A DNA stretch of 64,000 nt from Dehalococcoidia bacterium (GTDB lineage Bacteria > Chloroflexota > Dehalococcoidia > UBA2247 > RBG-13-53-26), in the NCBI GenBank assembly GCA_030372995.1, contig JAUCPZ010000335.1:12537-76536 (forward strand), in the 5' to 3' direction. The translations under genes were made by a program, and so were the position numbers. Shown here one piece after another: positions 56,516-64,000 of the stretch (within the stretch, counting starts at the first letter, position 1; each line of letters starts with the position of its first letter). The notes beneath the pieces were generated by a model that was not told where the DNA came from, ran no database searches, and saw only the letters and a list, made by a program, of their open reading frames with translations.

Positions 56516-58135
56516 ATGGCAGGAAAACAGATCATTTTCGGTCAGGATGCCCGGAGGGCTCTGAAGAAGGGTGTGGACATCCTGGCCGATGCCGTCAGAC
56601 CGACTTTGGGTCCCAAGGGTCGTCCTGTGGCCATCGACAAGAAGTGGGGTCCACCGACGGTCATAAATGACGGCGTCAGCATAGCGAAGGAGATCGAGCT
56701 TCCCGATCCATATGAGAACATGGGAGCTCAGCTCCTGAAGCAGGCATCATCCAAGACGAATGACAAGTGCGGTGACGGAACCACAACTTCCACATTGCTG
56801 GCTCAGGCCATGGTCGCCGGCGGTTTCAAGAACATCACTGCTGGCGCCGATGCTATGGCCATCAAACGGGGCATTGAGAAGGGCGTTGGCATCCTGGTAG
56901 AAGAATTGAAGAAGAAAGCGATCTCGGTGTCCGGCAAGGAGCAGATCGCCCAGGTGGCCACCATCTCCGCTGTCGATGCCCAGATAGGTAACCTCATTGC
57001 GGATGTGATGGAGAAGGTGGGCAAGGACGGCGTCATTACCGTCGAGGAATCAAAGGGTCTCCAGTTTGAGACCGAGTTCGTGGAAGGCATGAAGTTCGAC
57101 CGCGGCTACATCAGTCCCTACTTCATCACCAACCCCGATCGCATGGAGACTGTCATTGAGGACCCCTACATACTGATCACGGACAAGAAGATATCCGCTG
57201 TGGCCGACATCTTGCCGGCTCTGGAGAAGATACTGCAGGTCAGCAAGAACCTCGTCATCATTGCTGAGGACGTTGAGGGCGAGGCCCTGGCTACACTGGT
57301 GGTGAACAAACTCAGAGGGACCATCAACTGCCTCGCTGTGAAGGCGCCCGGTTTCGGCGACCGCCGCAAGGCGATGCTGGAAGATATGGCGATCCTTACC
57401 GGTGGCAAGGTCATCTCCGAGGAAGTCGGCCGGAAGCTCGACTCGGTGACAGCGGCTGACCTTGGCCGGGCCCGGAAGGTCGTGGCTGACAAGGACAACT
57501 GCACGATAGTCGAGGGCAAAGGCTCCGAAGAGGCGATCAAGGCCAGGATGAAGCAGATCAAGGCCCAGATCGATGAGACCACCTCTGACTTCGACCGCGA
57601 GAAGCTGCAGGAGAGGCTGGCCAAACTCGCTGGCGGAGTGGCGGTGATCAAGGTTGGGGCTGCCACTGAGACCGAACTCAAGGAGAAGAAGCACCGGGTT
57701 GAGGACGCGCTGTCCGCTACCAGGGCGGCCGTGGAGGAAGGCATCCTGCCGGGTGGTGGGGTAGCCCTCTTGAATGCTTCAGCCCACCTGGATCAGTACA
57801 TCAAAGAGGGTGGCGATGAGGCAACCGGCATCAAGATCCTGAAGGAGGCTATTGAGGAACCTATCAAGTGGATCGCCATCAATGCTGGCGTTGAGGGATC
57901 GGTGGTGGTGGACACGGTCAAGAAGAGCAAGCCGGGCGTCGGATTCGACGCGTCGAAGAACGAATACGGCGACATGGTGAAGAAGGGCATCATTGACCCG
58001 CTGAAGGTCGTCAGGACCGCGCTGGAGAACGCGGCCAGCGTGGCGGTAATGATCCTGACCACTGAGGCACTGGTCACGGACATACCAGAGAAGGAGAAGA
58101 CTCCGGCAGGGCCAGCGATGCCGCCTGAATACTAA
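56516..58135 (+). CDS. groL: chaperonin GroEL
   Basis: 539 aa. [20 protein letters not shown].., DGTTT.., GGGVALL. Confidence 0.98.
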   Translation: MAGKQIIFGQDARRALKKGVDILADAVRPTLGPKGRPVAIDKKWGPPTVINDGVSIAKEIELPDPYENMGAQLLKQASSKTNDKCGDGTTTSTLLAQAMVAGGFKNITAGADAMAIKRGIEKGVGILVEELKKKAISVSGKEQIAQVATISAVDAQIGNLIADVMEKVGKDGVITVEESKGLQFETEFVEGMKFDRGYISPYFITNPDRMETVIEDPYILITDKKISAVADILPALEKILQVSKNLVIIAEDVEGEALATLVVNKLRGTINCLAVKAPGFGDRRKAMLEDMAILTGGKVISEEVGRKLDSVTAADLGRARKVVADKDNCTIVEGKGSEEAIKARMKQIKAQIDETTSDFDREKLQERLAKLAGGVAVIKVGAATETELKEKKHRVEDALSATRAAVEEGILPGGGVALLNASAHLDQYIKEGGDEATGIKILKEAIEEPIKWIAINAGVEGSVVVDTVKKSKPGVGFDASKNEYGDMVKKGIIDPLKVVRTALENAASVAVMILTTEALVTDIPEKEKTPAGPAMPPEY

Positions 58136-58162
58136 GCCGTAGTCTGGAATTCGAGTAAACGC

Positions 58163-58190
58163 GGGGGCGGCTCTGTTGAGGGCCGCCCCC
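58163..58190 (+). terminator. 9-bp GC hairpin (gggggcggc/gccgccccc) after groEL, no U-tail
   Basis: Read directly, 28 nt after the groEL stop. Confidence 0.5.
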
Positions 58191-58249
58191 CATGACGGAG
58201 GGAAGCGCTGCGATAGCTGGTCGAATCTCTTGGAAGGAGGTGGAGTAGC

Positions 58250-58717
58250 ATGACGATGATGCGTTGGGATCCCTACAGAGAAATTGCCAGTTTGAGACAG
58301 GCCATGGACAGGCTCTTTGAGGACACTTTCTTGTGGCCGGCGCGTTCCCAGTACGAGATGGCTGGAGGCAACCTGCCTTTGGACATCTATCAGACGAAGG
58401 ATGACATAGTGGTGAAGGCCGCACTTCCCGGGATGAATCCGGAGGAGGTGGATATCTCGATTACTGGGGACACCCTCACGATCAAGGGTGAGCACAAAGA
58501 AAACAAAGAAGTCAAGGAGGAAGACTATATCCGTCGCGAGCACCGATACGGGGCTTTCAGTCGCACGGTGACGCTCCCTGTCGCGATCCAGAGCGACAAG
58601 GCTCAGGCTACTTTTGAGAACGGGATGCTCACCCTTACGCTACCAAAAGCTGAGGCCGTCAAGCCGAAGCAGATCAAGGTGAAAGCCAAGAGTGCAATTG
58701 AAATCGCCAAGAAGTAG
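58250..58717 (+). CDS. Hsp20/alpha-crystallin small heat-shock protein
   Basis: 155 aa. PLDIYQTKDDIVVKAALPG..ERRYGAFSRTVTLP..A.FENGMLTLTLPK. Confidence 0.93.
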   Translation: MTMMRWDPYREIASLRQAMDRLFEDTFLWPARSQYEMAGGNLPLDIYQTKDDIVVKAALPGMNPEEVDISITGDTLTIKGEHKENKEVKEEDYIRREHRYGAFSRTVTLPVAIQSDKAQATFENGMLTLTLPKAEAVKPKQIKVKAKSAIEIAKK

Positions 58718-58745
58718 CCTTCTTGATGCGCTTCCCTCCTTGCCA

Positions 58746-59213
58746 ATGTGGAAGGAATCCGGCACAGAGGTGCTGACGCGGGCCCGATTCGGGCCCGAAA
58801 TACCATGTTTGCGCTGCGGTGAGTGCTGCCGCCGTTACCAGGTGCGCTTGAACTTATGGGAGGCAAGGCAGATTGCGGATGAATTGGGTTTGACGGTGGA
58901 AGCCTTTCGGGAAAGGTATGCGGACCGGCGGTGGCCGGCCCAGGAAAGCATCCTGATCCGCCTGGAGAACGGGAGGTGCGCGTTCCTGGAGCGCGGCGAC
59001 AAGGAGGGTGAAGAGATCTGCCGCATTCAGCACTGCAAACCGCTGAGCTGCCGAGAGTGGGCGCCCAGCCTTGATCGGCCCGAGTGTCAGACTGGGCTGG
59101 CCAGGCTCTGGGGATTGACGGTCACCCCACTGGGAGGACTTGCCGGTCCGGACGAGAGATTGCGGGATTTTCGTTTGTATTTGGACTCTTTGGGTTGCAA
59201 CGGGAGGACTTGA
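58746..59213 (+). CDS. YkgJ-family (UPF0153) cysteine-cluster protein
   Basis: CLRCGECCRRY ... C.FL......C.I...KP..CREW. Start uncertain; the track ORF begins at 58692 and overlaps hsp20. Confidence 0.7.
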   Translation: MWKESGTEVLTRARFGPEIPCLRCGECCRRYQVRLNLWEARQIADELGLTVEAFRERYADRRWPAQESILIRLENGRCAFLERGDKEGEEICRIQHCKPLSCREWAPSLDRPECQTGLARLWGLTVTPLGGLAGPDERLRDFRLYLDSLGCNGRT

Positions 59214-59214
59214 T

Positions 59215-59517
59215 ATGCCGATATACGAGTACAAGTGCAAGACGTGCGACCTCATGTTCGAGGTGAAGAGGGGCTTCAGCGAAAGCTCGGGAGCCAGTTG
59301 CCCCAAATGCCAATGCCAGGCACAACGCATTTTCTCGCCAGTGCCGATCGTGTTCAAGGGCCCTGGTTTCTATGTCACCGACAACGCCAGTGACGCCAGG
59401 AATCGATATAATAGCAGACGGGACGGGGAGAAGCCGTCAGACGAGCCGGCCGGGGAAAAGGCGGGTGAGAAGAGAGCGGAGGCGGAGGCTCCGAAGCCGG
59501 CAGAGAGTAAGGCATGA
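59215..59517 (+). CDS. FmdB-family zinc-ribbon protein (minimal form with acidic/lysine-rich tail)
   Basis: MPIYEYKCKTCDLMFEV..CPKCQ..RIFS. SD gggagga. The internal ATG of track ORF 59140 is chosen as the start. Confidence 0.85.
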   Translation: MPIYEYKCKTCDLMFEVKRGFSESSGASCPKCQCQAQRIFSPVPIVFKGPGFYVTDNASDARNRYNSRRDGEKPSDEPAGEKAGEKRAEAEAPKPAESKA

Positions 59518-59677
59518 GATCCTCGCCCCGGGGCGGGCACCAAGTGCTGGCGTGTTTGGGAACCCCCGACTCTCATTGAGCGAAGACAGGACCCCATAGG
59601 TCTCCGGAGAGCCATTGGGTAGAAAGAAGGGCCGCCCCTTCATTTGAGGCCGCAATTCCGCTAGTTGTCGAGTCGCC

Positions 59678-60793
59678 ATGGCGAAGAGGGACTACTACGA
59701 GATCCTGGGCGTGGGCAGAGACGCCGATGCAGCGGCCATCAAGAAGGCCTACCGCAACATGGCGATGCAGTACCACCCGGACAGGAATCCCGGCAACGGA
59801 GAGGCTGCAGAGAAGATGAAAGAGGTGAACGAGGCCTATGCTGTTCTCTGCGACCCTCATAAGCGGAGTCTCTACGACGCATATGGGCACGCCGGGCTGG
59901 AGGGATACACGCAGGAAGACATCTTCCGCGGCGTCGACTTTGGCAGCCTCTTCCGGGAATTCCGCTTTGGGTTTGGCGATGACATATTTGACAGCTTCTT
60001 CGGTGGTAGAACGTCGGCCAGGAGAGGTCGCCGTAGAGGTTCCGATCTTCGCTACGACCTCAGTGTGACCTTGGAGGAAGTCGCCTCTGGCGTAGAGAAG
60101 ACAGTCGAGATACCCAGAGTATCCCCCTGTTCCGTATGCAACGGCACGGGGGCGCAGCCCGATGGGCTGGAGGCCTGTCCCAAGTGCAGGGGTGCTGGCC
60201 AGATCGTGAAGGAGCAGAGATCAGGCTACAGCATAGTCAGGCAGATCACCGTGTGCGGGGAGTGCCGGGGTCGCGGGAAGACTGTGAAGAAAGCCTGCAA
60301 GGAGTGCGGAGGGAAGGGCGCAGTTGAGATAACCAGGAAGATTGACGTGCACATCCCACCGGGTGCCGATACTGGCTACAGCATCAGGGTGGAAGGTGAA
60401 GGAGAGGTCAGCGCGGATGGTCTTCCTGGCGATCTCTACGTGGTTGTGAATGTGGAGCGGCATCCGCTCTTCGAAAGGCATGGTGACGATGTCTACATCC
60501 AGCATGATATCTCCTTCGTGACCGCAGCACTGGGCGGCAAAGAGCAGGTCCCCGGGCTCACCGGTCTCGTCGAGGTGGATGTAGCCGAAGGGACTCAGAC
60601 CGGGACTGTGGTTAGGGTTCCGGGGCAGGGCATGCCACGTCTGGGCAAACGCGGAAGGGGCGACCAGTACGTCGTACTGAGGGTGGTTACGCCGACCGAC
60701 CTCACCCGCGAGGAAAAGGATCTCCTCAGGCAGTTCCAAAGCCTGAGGCAGGCGGGCGATATGGGCAGACGTGGGAAGGAGAGAAAGGGCTGA
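59678..60793 (+). CDS. dnaJ: molecular chaperone DnaJ
   Basis: J domain ([15 protein letters not shown]), G/F region, four CxxCxGxG repeats. Confidence 0.96.
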   Translation: MAKRDYYEILGVGRDADAAAIKKAYRNMAMQYHPDRNPGNGEAAEKMKEVNEAYAVLCDPHKRSLYDAYGHAGLEGYTQEDIFRGVDFGSLFREFRFGFGDDIFDSFFGGRTSARRGRRRGSDLRYDLSVTLEEVASGVEKTVEIPRVSPCSVCNGTGAQPDGLEACPKCRGAGQIVKEQRSGYSIVRQITVCGECRGRGKTVKKACKECGGKGAVEITRKIDVHIPPGADTGYSIRVEGEGEVSADGLPGDLYVVVNVERHPLFERHGDDVYIQHDISFVTAALGGKEQVPGLTGLVEVDVAEGTQTGTVVRVPGQGMPRLGKRGRGDQYVVLRVVTPTDLTREEKDLLRQFQSLRQAGDMGRRGKERKG

Positions 60794-60964
60794 GTCCCAT
60801 GAAGACCCCATCGCTTGCCTTTTCCCACACGATCTCGTGCCTGGTGCAGACCGCATTCGGGCACCCAAAGTTGCCTCAGAGCGTTGTCGGCGGGCGAAGA
60901 TTCGAGGCTGGCCTTCGGACAAACCTGCTGGGCCGAGTGAGCAGAAGGGGAGAGTGCACAGAGA

Positions 60965-61591
60965 GTGGCTGAGGAACTGGGCCATATCGAGAGGCCTTCG
61001 GTAGAGTCCTTCGGAGAGAACCGGAAGATTTTTGTTGTGCCTCTCATCCTGCGTAGTGGCGATGCTCCTGCTGACTACACCGAGAAGTTCGAACTCTACT
61101 GGCAGCAGGTGAAGGAACAACTGATCAGACTGGAAGAGAAGACAGGCCCTGTGGAGTGCATCTATCACGAGGCTATTGTGGCCGGAGGCGAAGAAGGCCT
61201 GAAGATGTTGGAGAAGATGAATACCTATAGCTGCCCGATAGTCAAAGAGAGGTGTGAAAGAGGTGCCAGGCTTGAGGCAACGGACGATCGGGAACTTGCA
61301 GAAGAGAGTATGGACTGGGAGAGGATGCTGCTGGGCGGATTCTTGAGCGAGAAAGTCGCCAGGACGGTAAGCCAGTTCTACATCGAGGCTTCCCGGAAGC
61401 GCTACGAACACATGGCCAAGAGGATAGATGAGTCACTGAAGCCTGGAGAAAAGGGTGTCCTGTTCATCACCGAGGGGCACTCCCTCCAGTTTCCGGGCGA
61501 CATACAGGTCTTCAGCGTGTTTCCCCCTGCCCTGGACCAGATTCACAAGTGGTTCCGCGATGCACCGAAGGCGGGTACTGGCAGGGAGTAG
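60965..61591 (+). CDS. hypothetical protein
   Basis: 208-aa ORF with a GTG start, co-directional with dnaJ. Balanced amino-acid composition but no motif I recognise. Confidence 0.5.
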   Translation: MAEELGHIERPSVESFGENRKIFVVPLILRSGDAPADYTEKFELYWQQVKEQLIRLEEKTGPVECIYHEAIVAGGEEGLKMLEKMNTYSCPIVKERCERGARLEATDDRELAEESMDWERMLLGGFLSEKVARTVSQFYIEASRKRYEHMAKRIDESLKPGEKGVLFITEGHSLQFPGDIQVFSVFPPALDQIHKWFRDAPKAGTGRE

Positions 61592-61666
61592 AGTTTCAGC
61601 ACGTGCTGGCGCTTTGCCCCGATCGACGCAAGGTGCATCGATAGGAAGTGATGGTTGTGTGGGGTA

Positions 61667-61698
61667 TTGACAAGGCACTATGCTTGCTGTGATATAAT
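61667..61698 (+). promoter_or_regulatory. strong promoter-like element: TTGACA ... TGaTATAAT (extended -10; 20-nt spacer)
   Basis: Consensus hexamers read directly. No annotated gene lies downstream on this strand. Confidence 0.5.
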
Positions 61699-62211
61699 CA
61701 GGCATCGCGGCGCATACGAAGTCCTTATAGGGGGATTGGAGGGAGCGAGAGGTGGCACCGTCTGCTGTGCATTCCCTTGGTTACTTTTTCCCGCGGTCGA
61801 TACACTGTATCATGGTTCGGTTGAACCGCGTGGAGAAGAACGAGCTGGCGGGCTAGTGACAGCAGCGCGCCACATGTATTATCCTTAAAGTGTAGTACGT
61901 CCCCCTCTCCGGGCCGCTGCGCCCCCTCTGCTGCGCGAGTGGACTTTCTCCCTCACTGGTGGCCCGGAGGGGGTCTCCATTTCCCGGCAGCCATTTGAAG
62001 ATCTCAGAGCAGGCCTCACGGTCGTCTTTCTTCCTCGTGACTGTTGAGCGGGCGCCTTTCACCCCGGCATTCGGGGCCGGCTGATCCTACTGCCCACAGC
62101 GCCGAGAGGCTCTTTTGGGAAGCGTCGCTGGCCGCTGTGAGGATGATGCTGGGTTGCAGTCCGTGTTCCCGTTTGAGACCGAAGAGAGCCGCCGATCGAA
62201 GAAGTGTCTCT

Positions 62212-64000
62212 TTAGTCAGGCTTTGACTGCGTGTGTCCTTCCTCGCTGGGTTCAGTGGGCGTAGAGATGGGCGCCAACTGAGGCTCCTGTTTGGCCGGCA
62301 GCGGGTCGATCTCCGCTGGGCGCCTTCCCCACTTGAGGATGCTGGGCAGCAGGAGCACCAGTGCAATGAGAAAGACCGGCAGTATGTAGTATTGAATGCT
62401 TTGTCCCACATTCAGGGTCAGGTCGCCCGCTATGACGACCTGGCCACCGAAGAGTGGCATGATCATATAGGCCAGGAGCAGCGTGCTCAAGCCGATCCCA
62501 ACCACACGTCTGGCCCAGGAATCCTGGAACCACCAGTCCCACCAGGTCGGCTTCTCCGATTCTATCTGCTGCAATGCCTCCGCTGCCTCCTGGAAATCCT
62601 CGTCTTGTTGCAGGGCAAGCCGCAAATGGCGCACTGCCTCGCTCTTCCTTCTCAGCCGTTGCAGCACCACTCCCGTATGGTAGTGATACACGGCGTTGGC
62701 CGGGCTTACCGCGCACGCTCTCTCGAAGGCCGTCAAGGCCCCCTGATAATCGCGCAGACGCAGCAGGAGGCAACCCTTCATGTCCCAGGCATTCGCGTCC
62801 ATGGGCCTTGCCTTCAAGTAACTATCGATCGCGGTGAGCGAGTTCCTGTCTTGGGCCAAGGTAAACTGAACCGAGGCGATGTTGAACTGATAGCTGGGAT
62901 TATCCGGGTCAAGCGCGGCGGCTCTTTCGTAGCTGATCAGGGCATCCTCGAGCGAACCGAGGTTGTTCAACGCGGCGCCCCGGTTGTTCCAGGTGTCGGC
63001 CTGGTTGACGTCGATCGCCTTTGCCTTGTCGTAGCTCTCGAGAGCCTCCTGATACCGTTCCAGATTGAAGAGCGCGTTACCGCGGTTGTACCACGTGGAG
63101 GCATTGTTCGGGTTGAGCAGAAGCGCTCTATCATAGCTTTGCACCGCTTCCTCGTATCGTCCCAGATAGGCCAGGGCGGTGCCGCATTCATTCCAGGCAT
63201 CTCCGTAGTTCGGATCCAGCGCCAAGGCCTCGTTGTAGCTCTCGACTGCATCCTGATAGCGCTCCAGTTGGACCAGCGCATTCCCGCGGTTGTTCCAGGC
63301 TGCTACCATGGTGGCATCAAGAGCCAGGGCTTCGTCATAGCTGTCTACCGCATCCTGGTCGCGCCTCATCATATAGAGGGCGTTGCCACGGTTGCACCAG
63401 GTCGATGCGTTTTCGGGCTGCAGCGCGAGTGCCATGTCATAGCTTTCGACGGCTTTCTGGTACTGTTCCAAGCGTGCTAGTGCATTCCCGCGGTTGTGCC
63501 AGGCACCGGCATTCCCGGCGTCGATCTTGAGTGCCTGGTCATAGCTGTCCACGGCCTTCTGGTAGCCCTTCAGGATATACAGGCAATTCCCGCGGTTATT
63601 CCAGGCTGAAGCGTTGTTCGGGTCCAGCGACAAGGCTCGGTCGTAGCTCTCGGCTGCCTCCAGGTAGCGCTTCAGGGTGTACAACGCGTTCGCGCGGTTG
63701 TTCCAGGCTTGAGCATCATTCGGGTCCAGTGCGAGTGCTCTGTCATAGCTGTCCACGGCCTCGGCACACTTCTTCAGCTCGTCCAGGGCGCTGGCCCGGT
63801 TGTACCAGGTGGCGGCGTCATCGGGGTCCAGAGCAAGCGCTTTGTCGTAGCTTTCTACAGCCTCCTCATAGCGCTGTAGATGCACCAGAGCCGACGCCCG
63901 GTTCTTCCAGGCCGCCGCATCCTTGGGGTTGACGCTAAGCGTCTTGTCGTAGGCTTCAATGGCCGGTTCCCACTTACTCTCGCTGAAGAGCCTGTCGCCG
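62212..64000 (-). CDS. TPR-repeat protein with C-terminal TM segments; N-terminus beyond the window end
   Basis: The reading frame stays open to position 64000 (own translation continues ..EPAIEAYDKTLSVNPKDAAAWKNRASALVHLQRYEEA..). At least 13 consecutive 34-aa TPR units, then WWDWWF and 2-3 TM helices. Confidence 0.9.
   Translation of the reverse strand, partial: GDRLFSESKWEPAIEAYDKTLSVNPKDAAAWKNRASALVHLQRYEEAVESYDKALALDPDDAATWYNRASALDELKKCAEAVDSYDRALALDPNDAQAWNNRANALYTLKRYLEAAESYDRALSLDPNNASAWNNRGNCLYILKGYQKAVDSYDQALKIDAGNAGAWHNRGNALARLEQYQKAVESYDMALALQPENASTWCNRGNALYMMRRDQDAVDSYDEALALDATMVAAWNNRGNALVQLERYQDAVESYNEALALDPNYGDAWNECGTALAYLGRYEEAVQSYDRALLLNPNNASTWYNRGNALFNLERYQEALESYDKAKAIDVNQADTWNNRGAALNNLGSLEDALISYERAAALDPDNPSYQFNIASVQFTLAQDRNSLTAIDSYLKARPMDANAWDMKGCLLLRLRDYQGALTAFERACAVSPANAVYHYHTGVVLQRLRRKSEAVRHLRLALQQDEDFQEAAEALQQIESEKPTWWDWWFQDSWARRVVGIGLSTLLLAYMIMPLFGGQVVIAGDLTLNVGQSIQYYILPVFLIALVLLLPSILKWGRRPAEIDPLPAKQEPQLAPISTPTEPSEEGHTQSKPD
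62600..64000 (-). repeat. array of 102-nt (34-codon) near-consensus TPR coding repeats
   Basis: Repeated A(V/L)(E/D)SYD.AL.LDP.(N/D)A..W.NRGNAL..L.RY(Q/E)(E/D) units, read from the translation. Confidence 0.8.

Noticed and set aside
60221-61411. 396-aa minus-strand ORF
   Set aside because: It is antisense to dnaJ and to the downstream 208-aa ORF, and has no motifs.
61900-62080. RNase P RNA: minus-strand words gagggagaaagtcc and ggggtgaaaggcgcc resemble P4 and J11/12-type motifs
   Set aside because: The two motifs occur in the wrong 5'-3' order for bacterial RNase P. The ACAGAAnCCGGCUUA element is also absent. I found no tmRNA (no ..UCCACCA 3' end or T-arm) and no SRP (no GGAAGCAGCC motif) signatures either.
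62233-63480. 415-aa plus-strand ORF
   Set aside because: It is antisense to the TPR gene. The repeat periodicity of the TPR frame explains the open shadow frame.
1-64000. CRISPR arrays, rRNA/tRNA genes, transposases/integrases, prophage or reverse-transcriptase genes
   Set aside because: I saw no spaced direct-repeat array, no tRNA cloverleaf and no recombinase or RT motifs in any of the six frames. The only repeat structures are the TPR coding repeats and the TTCTAAC heptamers.

Overview
GC-rich bacterial chromosomal segment. Gene content suggests Chloroflexota, but that is an inference I cannot verify here. I support about 58 protein genes. I recognised no rRNA, tRNA, CRISPR array, transposase or integrase. 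Housekeeping anchors: (1) a minus-strand replication operon, rplI-dnaB-dnaD-like-dnaC-like, truncated at the window start; (2) a type-2 ileS; (3) a heat-shock cluster, groES-groEL-hsp20-ykgJ-fmdB-dnaJ. The rest is a mosaic of redox, CoA and lipid metabolism, two two-component systems, an ABC-2 exporter, mntP, glgP and mobA. The metabolic genes include crotonase, an OYE reductase, DegV, an SDR, two NDP-forming acyl-CoA-synthetase alpha-like paralogs, an acetylene-hydratase-like Mo/W enzyme and two DUF362 modules. One two-component system ends in an HD-GYP output. Most interesting for follow-up: (a) two FmdB zinc-ribbon proteins sharing a private unannotated module, one tail-anchored and one fused to HNH, at 34.8-39.2 kb; (b) the acetylene-hydratase-like enzyme with its catalytic Asp replaced, clustered with an SDR and a CoA-ligase-like gene; (c) a Tat-exported DUF362 lipoprotein plus a membrane polyferredoxin, mirrored by a fused cytoplasmic paralog; (d) a tandem family of small unknown proteins with a decaying third copy; (e) two large gene-free gaps (52.8-53.7 kb and 61.6-62.2 kb) containing strong promoter or SD signals and extensive RNA pairing; (f) 11-bp-phased TTCTAAC repeats in front of an OmpR-type operon. 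All functional calls come from motif recognition by eye. No database search was run.
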